Below, in pieces: positions 41,701 through 51,738 of a stretch of DNA of 64,000 bases. This DNA comes from an uncultured Bacillota bacterium. GTDB lineage: Bacteria; Sysuimicrobiota; Sysuimicrobiia; Sysuimicrobiales; Segetimicrobiaceae. The stretch covers positions 64,001-128,000 of the forward strand of contig CAWDRG010000002.1 of NCBI GenBank assembly GCA_963804645.1, read 5' to 3'. Below the pieces are notes generated by a model that had not been told where the DNA came from, did not search any database, and saw only the letters and a list, made by a program, of their open reading frames with translations. Each line of letters begins with the position of its first letter. Position 1 is the stretch's first letter. The position numbers and the translations under genes are program-made.

Positions 41701-44700
41701 GCGTCACCGTGTTGACCGCGTTGCCCAGGTCGGCGTCCGCCGCCACGCTCAGGGTGCCCGCGCTGATCGTGACGTTGCCGGTGAAGCTGTTGCTGGCGTT
41801 CGTGAGGGCGAGCGTTCCCGCGCCGTTCAGTCTCACCCCCCCGGCGCCGCTCAGTACCCCCGACAGCGTCAGCGTCGTCCCGCCGTCCGGGCTGATCCCC
41901 CCACCGCTAAGGCTGATCCCTCGCGCCGAGGTAAAGGTCCCGGAACTCTCGAGCGTGCCGCCGTTGAGGGTCACGGTGTTCGCCGCGGCGCCGAGGGCGT
42001 TGTCGGCGCTGACGTCCAGGGTCCCGGCGGTGACGGTCACCCCGCCTGTAAACGTGTTGGCGCCGGACAGCGCGAGCGTGGCCCCGCTGTCGTTAAAGGT
42101 CAACCCAACGGACCCGCTCAGCACGCCCGACAGCGTCAGCGTGGTCCCGCCGCTTGGACTCAGGGTCCCACCGCCCAGCGTCACGTTCCGCGCGGAACTG
42201 AACGTTGCGGTCGTCACGAGCGCACCGCTGTTGAGCGCGACCGCGCCGGCCCCCCCGAGGTTATTGTCGGCGCCCACCTCCAGCGTGCCGGCCGTGAGCG
42301 TCGTGCCGCCCGCATACGTGTTCATCCCGCTGAGCACCAGCGTGCCGGCGCCGTTGAGGATCACCGCGCCGCCGCTCAGCACGCCCGACAGCGTCAGCGT
42401 CGTCCCGCTATTTGGACTCAGGGTGCCGCCGCCGAGGGTGACCGCGCGGGCCGACGCAAACGTCGCGGTGGTCGCGAGCGTCCCGCCGTTCAGCACCAGG
42501 GCGCCCGCGGCGTTGCCCAGGTTGTTGTCGGCGCTGACGCTGAGCGTCCCGGCCGAGACCGCGGCACCGCCGGTGTAGGTGTTCGTCCCGCTCAAGGTGA
42601 GCGTGCCGCCGCCGACGCTCACCCCGCCCCCGCCGCTGATGATCCCCGACAGCGTCAGCGCTCCGGTGTCGCCCGCATCCCCGACCGTCAGCCCCGCCGC
42701 GTCGGCGACGTTCCCCGACAGCGTGCTCGTCTGGCCGTTGCTCACGAGCAGCGTGCCACCCGTCCCCGCCGTCGTGATGCTCCCCGCCCAGGAGATCCCG
42801 CCCGTCATCGAGAGCGTCGCGCCGGTCGCCCCGCCGCCCGCCTGCGTCCCCCCTAGTGTGAGCGCCCCCGTCCCGGACCCCAGATCCCCGGCCGCGCTCA
42901 CGCTGAGCGTCCCGGCGATCACGTTCATCGTCGTCTGCTGGTTCGCCGCGTTCGTCAGCATCATCGTCCCGCTATTGGGGCTCTGGGTGTTCACGTCCAA
43001 CGTCGTCGCGGTGATCTGGGTCGACCACGGCAGCGTCGCGCCCGACGGGATCTCGCAGTCCAGAGGGTCCGTTCCCGTGCACAGCTGCCCGTAGAGGGTC
43101 ACGTCGACCTCGTTGGCCATGTAGTTCAGCGCCGGTGTCAGCGACCCGATGCTTGCTCCGCCCTCCGTGAGCGCCGCGAACGCCCCGGCCACACCCCCCG
43201 CGGCCGTGAGGATCGGGTACACCGTCCCCTGGAGGTACGTCCCCGCATCGAACGTCAGCGCGAGCGTGCCCCCGAGCGACGCCGAGCCGGTCACCACCAG
43301 CTCGCTCGACGTCGTCGGGTTCGCTTCAATGGAGAGTGTGTCGCCCGCGCCCTGCGTGTAGTTCCCATTCACCGTCAGCGTCCCAATCGTCCCGCCCGGT
43401 GCGACGGTGCCGCCGTTCGTGACGTTCCCGCTCACCGTGCCGTGGCCCGCGAGCGTCCCGGCCGCCTGCACCGCGACGTTCCCGCCGTAGGTGACTCCGG
43501 GGATCGCGGCGCTGCCGACTTCCAACGTCCCGCTTGCTACCGTAAACGTCCCCGTGGCACCGTTCGCGGTTCCGGTCAGCAGGACCATCCCGGCTCCGTT
43601 CAGCGCCAGCGCCCCGGTGCCGCTCAGCGTCCCCGAGAGCGTCAGCGTCGTCCCGCCGCTGGGCGTGAACGCGCCGCCGGCTGCGCCCGCCGTCACCGTC
43701 CGGGCTGACGTGAACGTCCCCGTCGTCGCCAGCGTCCCTCCGTTGAACGTCACGGCGTTCGCCGCGGCGCCCAGGTTGTTATCCGCGCCGACGCTCAGCG
43801 TGCCGGCCGTCAGCGTATCCCCGCCGGTGAACGTGTTCGCCCCGGACGGCGCGAGCGTCCCGGCGCCGTTCAGGGTCAGCCCGCCGCTCCCCGCCACGGC
43901 GGTCGAGAGCGTGAACGTCGTTCCCACGCCCGGGGCGAAGATGCCGCCGCCGAACAGTGTAACCGTGCGCGCGGACGTGAACGTCGCCGTCGTCGCGAGC
44001 GTCGCGCCTTCCAACGTCACGCCCCAACTGGCGTTGCCCAGATTGTTGTCGGCGCCGACGCTCAGCGTGCCCGCTTCGATCACCGTTCCACCCGTGTATG
44101 TGTTGGTCCCGGAGAGGGCGAGCGTCCCGGCGCCATTGAGGGTCAGCATGGCGCTTCCGCTTACGACGCCCGAGAGCGTGAGCGTCGTCCCGGCGTTCGG
44201 GGCGATGACCGCGCCACCCTCGGTGACGTTCCGCGACGAGCTAAACGTCGCGGTGGTCTGCAGGATGCTGAACGGGGTGCTCAACGTCACCGCGTTCGCG
44301 GCCGCGCCGAAGTTTGCGTCGGCGCTCACGCTCAATGTGCCGGCCGTCACCGTGACCCCGCCGGTGAACGTGTTGGTCCCAGACAAGGCGAGCGTTCCCT
44401 GCCCGTTCAGCGTCAGCCCCGCGCCGCCGCTCAGCACGCCCGACAGCGTGAGCTTGGTCCCGCTGTTCGGACTCAGGGTCCCGCCGCCGAGCGTCGCGCT
44501 CCGGGCCGAGCTGAACGTCGCGGTCGTCTGGAGCGTACCGCCGTTGAGCGTCACCGCGTTCGCCGCCGCCCCGAGGTTCGCGTCGGCGCTCACGCTGAGC
44601 GTGCCGGCCGTGAGCGTGTCGCCCCCGGTGAACGTATTGGTCCCCGATAGGACGAGCGTGGCCCCGCTGTCGTTGAAGGTCAGCCCGGCGGACCCGCTCA

Positions 44701-47700
44701 GCACGCCCGACAGCGTGAGCGTGGTCCCGCTGTTCGGACTCAGGGTCCCGCCGCCGAACGTCACGTTCCGGGCCGAGCTGAACGTCGCGGTCGTCACGAG
44801 CGTGCCGCCGTTGAGCGTCACCGCGTTCGCCGCCGCCCCGAGGTTCGCGTCGGCGCTCACCTGCAGCGTACCGGCCGTGAGCGTGTCGCCACCGGTGAAC
44901 GTGTTGGTCCCCGACAGCGCGAGTGTGGCCCCGCTGTCGTTGAAGGTCAGCCCAGCGGACCCGCTCAACACACCTGAGAGCGTCAGCGTCGTGCCGCTGT
45001 TCGGACTCAGGGTCCCGCCGCCGAGCGTGATGTTCCGCGCCGAGCTGAACGTCGCGGTTGTCTGGAGCGTGCCGCCGTTGAGGGTGACCGCGTTCGCCGC
45101 CGCCCCGAGGTTCGCGTCGGCGCTCACCTGCAGCATACCGGCCGTGAGCGTGTCGCCACCGGTGAACGTGTTGGTCCCCGACAGCGCGAGTGTGGCCCCG
45201 CTGTCGTTGAAGGTCAGCCCAGCGGACCCGCTCAACACACCTGAGAGCGTCAGCGTCGTGCCGCTGTTCGGACTCAGGGTCCCGCCGCCGAGCGTAACGT
45301 TCCGCGCCGAGCTGAACGTCGCGGTTGTCTGGAGCGTGCCGCCGTTCAATGTCACGGTGTTCGCGGCATTGCCGAGGTCGGCGTCGGCCCCCACGCTCAG
45401 GTTGCCGGCCGTGATTGTGAGGTTGCCGGTGAAGCTGTTGCTGGCGTCGGAGAGCAGCAGCGTGCCCGCCCCGTTCAGTGTCAGCCCGCTGCCGCCGCTG
45501 AGCAACCCCGAGAGCATCAGCGTGGCTCCGCTGTCCGGCTGGAACGCGCCGCCGCCGAGCGTGACGCTCCGCGCCGATGCGAACGTTGCGTTCGCCTCCA
45601 GTGCCCCGCCGTTGAGGGTGATGGTGTTGGCCCCGCCGCCGAGATCGGCATCGGCCCCCACGCTCAGGTTGCCGGCCGTGATCGTGACGTTGCCGGTGAA
45701 GCTGTTGCTGGCGTCGGAGAGGAGCAGCGTGCCCGCCCCGTTCAGTGTCAGCCCGCTGCCGCCGCTGAGCAACCCCGAGAGCGTCAGCGTCGTCCCGCTG
45801 TTCGGACTCAGGGTCCCGCCGCCGAGCGTCACGTTCCGCGCCGAGGTGAAGGTCGCGGTGGCTTGAAGCGTGCCGCCGTTGAGCGTGATGCCGTTCGCAC
45901 CGGCGCCGAGGTTATTGTCCGCCCCGACGCTCAACGTGCCGGCGGTGATCGTGTTGCCGCCGGTGTAGGTGTTCGAATGCGAGAGCACGAGCGTCCCGGC
46001 GCCGTTCAACAGCAGCCCGCTGGAGCTGCCCACCGTGCCCGACAGCGTGAGCGTCGTGCCCGCGTTCGGACTGATCGTGCCGCCCGCGAACGAATCCGAG
46101 CCCGAGCTGGTGAACGTTCCGGTGCTCTGGAACGTGCCTCCGGCAAGGTCCAGTCCGAATACCACGTTTGTCGCCCAGGTTTGCCGCGGCGCTGGCCTGC
46201 AGCGTGCCGCCGAAGATCCGTGTCCCGCCGTTGTAGGTGTTGGTTCCGGACAGCACCAGCGTCCCGGGGCCGTTGAGCGTGAGCGAAAACCCGCTGATCA
46301 CTCCGGACAGCGTCAGCGTCGTCCCCGCGCTCGGCACGAATGGTGCCGGCCGTGAAGGCACGCGCCGACGAGAATGTCGCCGTGGTCTTCAGCGTGCCGT
46401 TAATCGTCACCGCGCCGGCGGCGTTGCCGAGGTTAGCGTCCGAGCTCACGGACAGGGTCGTCGCGGCGCCGCTGATGTTTGTGCCTCCGGTGTAGGTGTT
46501 GCTAGTCCCGGACAGTGTCAGGGTGCTGTTGCCGGTCACGGTCAGCCCGCCGGACCCGCTGAGGACCCCGGACAGGGTGAACCCGTTGTTCCCGGTGTTG
46601 ATCGTGCCGCCGCCGAGCGTGACGTTCCGCGCCTCCGTGAAGCTCCCTCCCGTGTACCACAACGTGCCGCCGTTCAGCGTGATGGTGTTCGCGGCGTTGC
46701 CGAGCTTGTTGTCGGCGCTGAACTGCAGGGTGCCGCTCGTGATCGTGACGCCGCCGGTGAACGTATTCGTCCCGGAGAGGACCAGCGTCCCCGCGCCGTT
46801 CAGCGTCAACCCGCCGGCGCCGCTCATCACGCCCGACAGCGTCAGCGTGTCGCCGCTGTCCGGCTGGAACGCCCCGCCCCCCAGCGTCATATTCCGCGCC
46901 GAGCTGAACGTCGCTGTCGCCTCGAGCGCCCCACCGTTCAGCGTTACGATATTGGCCGCAGCGCCGAGGTTGTTGTCCGCGCTCACGCTCAGGTTGCCGG
47001 CCGCGATGGTGTTGCCGCCCGTGTAGGTGTTCGTCCCGGAGAGCAGGAGCGTCCCCGCGCCGTTCAGCGTCAACCCCCCGCTGCCGCTCAGCACGCCCGA
47101 CAGCGTCAACGTCGTCGCGCTGTCCGGGCTGAACGCCCCACCGCCGAGCGTCACCGCGCGCGTGGAGGTAAACGTCCCGGCAACTCTCCAGCGCTCCCCC
47201 GTTGAGCATCACCGCGTTGGCCGCGGCGCCGAGGTTGTTGTCCGCGCTGATGTCCAGGGTGCCGGTGGTGACAGTCACCGCACCCGTGAACGTGTTCGCG
47301 CCGGACAACGCGAGCGTCCCCGCCGCGTTGAACGTCAGCCCCACACTGCCGCTCAGGACGCCGGAGAGCGTCAACGTCGTTGCCGCGCTCGGGGTGATCG
47401 CGCCCCCTCCGAGCGTCACGTTCCGCGCCGAGGTGAACGTCCCGCTGGTGTCCAGAGCGCCACCACTTAGCGTCACCGCCCCCGACGTATTGCCCAGGTT
47501 CGCGTCGGCGCTCACCTGCAGCGTGCCGGCCATGATCGTCGTGCCACCGGTGTACGTGTTCGTCCCGGTGAGCACCACCCGGCCAGCGTTGCTCATGATC
47601 AGCGCGCCGCTCCCGCTCACGACCCCAGAGAGCGTTAGAAGACCCAGCGCGGTGGGGCCGAAGGTGCCGCCGCCCAGCGTGACCGCCCGCGCCGAGGTGA

Positions 47701-48721
47701 AGTTTCCGGTGGGAACCAGCGTGCCTCCGTTGAGGATCAGCGTGTTCGCGGCGTTGCCCAGGTCGTTGTCGGCGCCGAACTTCAGCGAGCCGACCGTGAC
47801 CGTGACGCTGCCGGTGAACGTATTCGTCCCGGAGAGCACCAGCGTCCCCGCGCCGTTCAGCGTCAACCCGCCGGCACCGTTCAGCACGCCCGACAGCGTC
47901 AGTGTCGTCGCGCTGTTCGGACTGAACGCGCCGCCGCCGAGCGTCATGTTCCGGGCCGACGCGAACGTCGCCGTCGTCATGAGCGTGCCGCCGTTCAGCG
48001 TGACTGTTTCGACCGTGTTGCCCAGGTTCGCGTCCGCGCTGATCTGCAGGTTCCCGGCCGTGATCGTCGTCCCGCCCGTGTACGTGTTCGTCCCGGAGAG
48101 GACCAGCGTCCCGGCGTTCAGCGTGAGCGCCCCGGCCCCGCTGATGATCCCCGACAGCGTCAACGTCCCGCTCCCGTTGCTCCCGACGTCCAGCGCCGCG
48201 GCGTTGTTGATATTGCCGGTGAACGTCCCCGACTGCCCGGCGCTCGCGCTCAGGTCCCCGCCCGTGCCCCCGGTCGTGAGGCTCCCGTTCCACGTGAACC
48301 CGGTGGTCTCGAGCAGGTTCCCGAACGCGTTGCCCCCACCCGCCTGCGAGCCGCCGATCGTCAGGGTGAGGCCGGCTCCCGAGCCGCCGAGGTTGGCGGC
48401 GCTGCTGACGTCGACCTGGCCGGCGTCGATCGTCGTGTGGGTCTGGGTGTTAGTCCCGCCGAGCGTCAGGGTCCCGTTGTTGGGGCTGGTCGTGTTGATG
48501 ACGAGATTCGTGTCGGTGATCGCGGTGTTGTACGTGAAGTTGCCGGTCGGCACTTCACAGTCCGTCGTGCCCATGCCGTTGGAGATGCAGCTCTGCGCCT
48601 CCGCGGGTACGACGAGCCCCGCGCCCGCGAGCGACACCACCAGCGTGACGACGACTGCGGAGGACCACAGCGGTCTCCAAGTTTCCCCGAGCGCTCGCCG
48701 TTCGCTACGCCACGTCGACAT
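32765..48721 (-). CDS. giant type Va autotransporter/adhesin with passenger-associated beta-strand repeats (~5,300 aa); three frameshifts in this sequence
   Basis: Signal peptide ending AEA-Q, dozens of GAGTLxLSGxNTYTGGT repeats, C-terminal barrel ending LLIHF; ORF pieces join near 47180, 46345, 46170. Confidence 0.9.
44200..46070 (-). repeat. 267-bp (89-aa) tandem coding repeats, some near identical
   Basis: TGTTCGGACTCAGGGTCCCGCCGCCG recurs at 44464, 44731, 44998, 45265, (45532 variant), 45799. Confidence 0.9.
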
Positions 48722-48919
48722 GCAGAGGTTCACGCGAGTCCATGAGACGGCGCGCGCCGCGTGCGACAGCCATCGAGGCACGCGCGCGCAACCCGGGCAT
48801 GTGGCGTATCGGGATCACTGGTCCTTGTGACCGGCCGATCGGTGTCGTCTGCCATTGCGCTGCTGTCGCGGGGAGCCGGCGCAGACATGAAAACAGCCGG
48901 CACGTCCCGTCACGTCTCC

Positions 48920-49002
48920 GGCGTCGGCAACCCCGCTACCCCCCGTGGAGGTCCGGCAGCTTTGCGTCCCTGGGTTACCCCAGGTTTGCCATTTGTCGAC
49001 CG
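48920..49002 (-). ncRNA. c-di-GMP-I (GEMM) riboswitch
   Basis: Minus strand GTCGACAAATGGCAAACCTGGG-GTAA-CCCAGGGACGCAAAGCTGCCGGACCTCCACGGGGGGTAGCGGGGTTGCCGAC matches GEMM landmarks (GGCAAACC, GNRA loop, GACGCAAAGC, GGTAGCGGGGTTGCC). Confidence 0.92.
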
Positions 49003-49241
49003 TACGTCCTCACTGGGACCGTCCCGTGTCTGACCCCGGCGCCCGCGTTCCCCGGGCGCACCCGACAAATCGTACAAAACACCCTACCATATAACGCGCA
49101 CCTCCGTATATGGGCCGGGGATAGGAAAAACGGCCCACGCACCCTCTGCGTGGGCCGTGCGGATGGCCCAAAAGGACCAAGGGACTGATGCCGGGTGGGG
49201 GACACGGCGTTTCGGAGACCCGCGGCCGCGTCGACGCGGTG

Positions 49242-51545
49242 CTACGCCCTCGCGCGCCGCACCGCGGTGGCGATCCGTTCCGGCGTGAGCGGCATGTCGA
49301 GGTGCTTCACCCCGAGATGCGCGACGGCGTCCACCGCGGCGTTGACCACCGCCGGCGTCGAGCCGATCGTCGCCGCCTCCCCCACGCCCTTGGCGCCGAG
49401 CGGATTTCGCGGGGTCGGCGTCACCGAGACGCCGCGCGTCACGCGCGGCATGAAATCGGCCTTGGGGATCCCGTACTCGGCCAGGGTCCCGGTGACAAGC
49501 TGCCCGGCGTCGTCGTAGATGACGGCCTCGAGCAGCGCCTGGCTGGCGCCCTGCACGATGCCGCCGTGGACTTGACCGTCGACAAGGAGCGGATTGATCA
49601 CCCGGCCGCAGTCGTCGACGGCGACGTACCGGGTAATCCGGGGCACGTACGTCTCCGGATCGATCTCCACGACGCACACATGGGTCCCGAAGGGAAACGT
49701 CGTGCCCTGCGACTTGAACCGCGCCGTCGCCTCGAGTCCCGGATCCTGGTCCGCCGGCACGTGCTCGCCGTTGTACGCGGCGGTCGCCACTTGCGCCACG
49801 GTCACGACCCGCGCCGGGGTGCCGCGGACCGCCACCGTGGCGTCGGCCAGCACGAGATCCGCCTTCGCCGCTTCGAGCATGAGCGAGGCGACGCCGAGAA
49901 TCTGCTCGCGCACGTCGTACGCGGCGAGGTGGACCGCGGAGCCGCCGAGCGCCATGCTGCGGCTGCCGCTCGTCCCGCCGCCCTGCTGGACCAGGAGCGT
50001 ATCGCCGTGCACCACCGTAATGTCTTCGATCGGGATGCTCAGCGCGTCCGAGACAATCTGCGCGAACCCGGTCGCGTCCCCCTGGCCGTGCGGCGACGTG
50101 CCCGTCACGACCGTGGCGCTGCCGTCCTTGTTGACGCGCACGGTCCCGAGCTCCCACGGACCGAACGCGCAGATCTCGACGTAACTCGCGATGCCGATCC
50201 CGACGAGGCGCCCCTGCGCGCGCGCGGTCTGCTGCTCCGCGCGGAGCCGCGGGTACTCCGCGAGGCGCAGCGCCTCCTCGAGCGGCTTCGCGTACTCTCC
50301 ACTGTCGTAGTGCGCGCCGCTCGCTGCTTTGTACGGAAACTTCTCCGGCGCGATGAAGTTGCGCCGCCGGACCTCGGCGGGATCGACGCCGGTCGCGTCC
50401 GCCACGAGCGCCATCGCGCGCTCGAGGTAGTAGCTGGCCTCCGGCCGGCCGGCGCCCCGGTACGCGCCGGTAGGGCAGGTGGTGGTCAGCACGCCGAGGA
50501 GCTCGCAGCTGAGCGCCGGCACCTCATACGGTCCCTGGATCATGAGGGGGGTGAGGGTCGGGACGATCGGCGTGAGCCACATGTACGCGGCGCCGAGGTC
50601 GGCCAGCACCCTGGCGCGCAGGCCCCGCACGCGGCCGTCCCGGTCGGCGGCCACCTCCAGCGCGGCGACCTGCCCGCGTCCGTGCGTCATCGAGAGGAGA
50701 TTTTCCGAGCGCGTCTCGATCCACTTCACCGGCCGACCCAGCCGTCGCGCGAGCTCGGCGACCACGACGTCCTCGGGATACGTGTTCAGCTTGGCGCCGA
50801 ACCCGCCGCCCACGTCCGGCGTGATCACCCGGATCCGGCGCGCCTCAATCCCGAGCAGCTCGCTGAGCGCATCGCGGACCGAGTGCGCCTCCTGCGTGGA
50901 TGTCCAGACGGTGAGCATCCCCTGTCCCTGGCTGCCGTCGTACATCGCCACCGTCCCGCGGGGCTCCAGCGGGACCGCCGCGACGCGCTGGTTCACCATC
51001 CGCTGCGTCACGACGACCGGGGCATCCCGAAATGCGGCCTCGACGTCCCCCCGTTCCAGCAGCGTCCGGAACGCGACGTTCGTCCCGAGAGTCGGATGGG
51101 CAAAGGGGGCACCCGCCGCGGCGCGCTCGAGGTCCACTACCGCAGGCTCCGGGGCATATTCAATGTCGACGAGGTCGGCGGCATCGCGGGCCGCGGCGGG
51201 GGTCTCCGCGACCACGACCGCAACCGGCTGGCCGGCGTAGCACGCCACCGCCTCGGCGAGCAGCGGGTGCGGCGCCGCGCGCATTCCCTCGACCGGGATC
51301 ACGGGGAGCGGCTTCGGGACGTTCCGGAGGTCGGCGGCCGCCAGCGCGGCGACGACCCCGGGATGCCGTCGGGCCGCGTCGAGGCCGACCTTGCGGATCC
51401 TGGCGTGCGCGTGCGGGCTTCTGACGAACGCGGCGTGCAGCATGCCGGCGAGCGCCAGGTCGTCGACGTACGACCCTTCGCCGCGGATCAACTTGGGGTC
51501 CTCGATCCGCTTGATGCGCGCGCCGACGTGCTGGGAAAGCGCCAT
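49242..51545 (-). CDS. xanthine dehydrogenase family Mo-binding subunit (CoxL form II-like)
   Basis: RIEDPKLIRG, VRSPHAHA, GGGFGAK, AYRGAGRPE, GAKGVGEA. Confidence 0.92.
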   Translation of the reverse strand: MALSQHVGARIKRIEDPKLIRGEGSYVDDLALAGMLHAAFVRSPHAHARIRKVGLDAARRHPGVVAALAAADLRNVPKPLPVIPVEGMRAAPHPLLAEAVACYAGQPVAVVVAETPAAARDAADLVDIEYAPEPAVVDLERAAAGAPFAHPTLGTNVAFRTLLERGDVEAAFRDAPVVVTQRMVNQRVAAVPLEPRGTVAMYDGSQGQGMLTVWTSTQEAHSVRDALSELLGIEARRIRVITPDVGGGFGAKLNTYPEDVVVAELARRLGRPVKWIETRSENLLSMTHGRGQVAALEVAADRDGRVRGLRARVLADLGAAYMWLTPIVPTLTPLMIQGPYEVPALSCELLGVLTTTCPTGAYRGAGRPEASYYLERAMALVADATGVDPAEVRRRNFIAPEKFPYKAASGAHYDSGEYAKPLEEALRLAEYPRLRAEQQTARAQGRLVGIGIASYVEICAFGPWELGTVRVNKDGSATVVTGTSPHGQGDATGFAQIVSDALSIPIEDITVVHGDTLLVQQGGGTSGSRSMALGGSAVHLAAYDVREQILGVASLMLEAAKADLVLADATVAVRGTPARVVTVAQVATAAYNGEHVPADQDPGLEATARFKSQGTTFPFGTHVCVVEIDPETYVPRITRYVAVDDCGRVINPLLVDGQVHGGIVQGASQALLEAVIYDDAGQLVTGTLAEYGIPKADFMPRVTRGVSVTPTPRNPLGAKGVGEAATIGSTPAVVNAAVDAVAHLGVKHLDMPLTPERIATAVRRARA

Positions 51546-51738
51546 GGTGTCACCATCCTGGGAATAAGACTGGGTGGGCTGGGAGCCTCCCGCCGCGGTG
51601 TTTCGACCGCGCGGCGGCGGGCCCCTCCCGTTCGGGGGGAACGCACCCGGCCGGCGCGAACATCCCCTCGCCGCGTCGGCCCGATCCATCGGCGTCGGTG
51701 TCCGCATCGACGACTCGTTTCGCGCTGGGTGAGAATGT

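Noticed and set aside
44200..46070. Regular repeats considered as a CRISPR array
   Set aside because: The period is 267 bp, in frame and coding, with no unique spacers and no cas genes
46160..47190. Programmed frameshifting or slipped-strand phase variation of the adhesin
   Set aside because: No slippery heptamer or long homopolymer at the breaks; similar indels elsewhere in the window point to sequence error
34929..48830. Long plus-strand ORFs rich in SVPP/VV repeats (e.g. 43491-45866, 36420-38426, 47202-48830)
   Set aside because: Antisense shadows of the Gly/Thr-rich autotransporter codons; no independent RBS or domain signal
48920..49002. 3',3'-cGAMP (GEMM-Ib) specificity for the riboswitch
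   Set aside because: The discriminator position reads G, and the nearby GGDEF lacks the Hypr Asp-to-Ser change
49242..51545. Bona fide aerobic CO dehydrogenase
   Set aside because: Form II motif AYRGAGR, no Cys for Cu binding and no accessory cox genes
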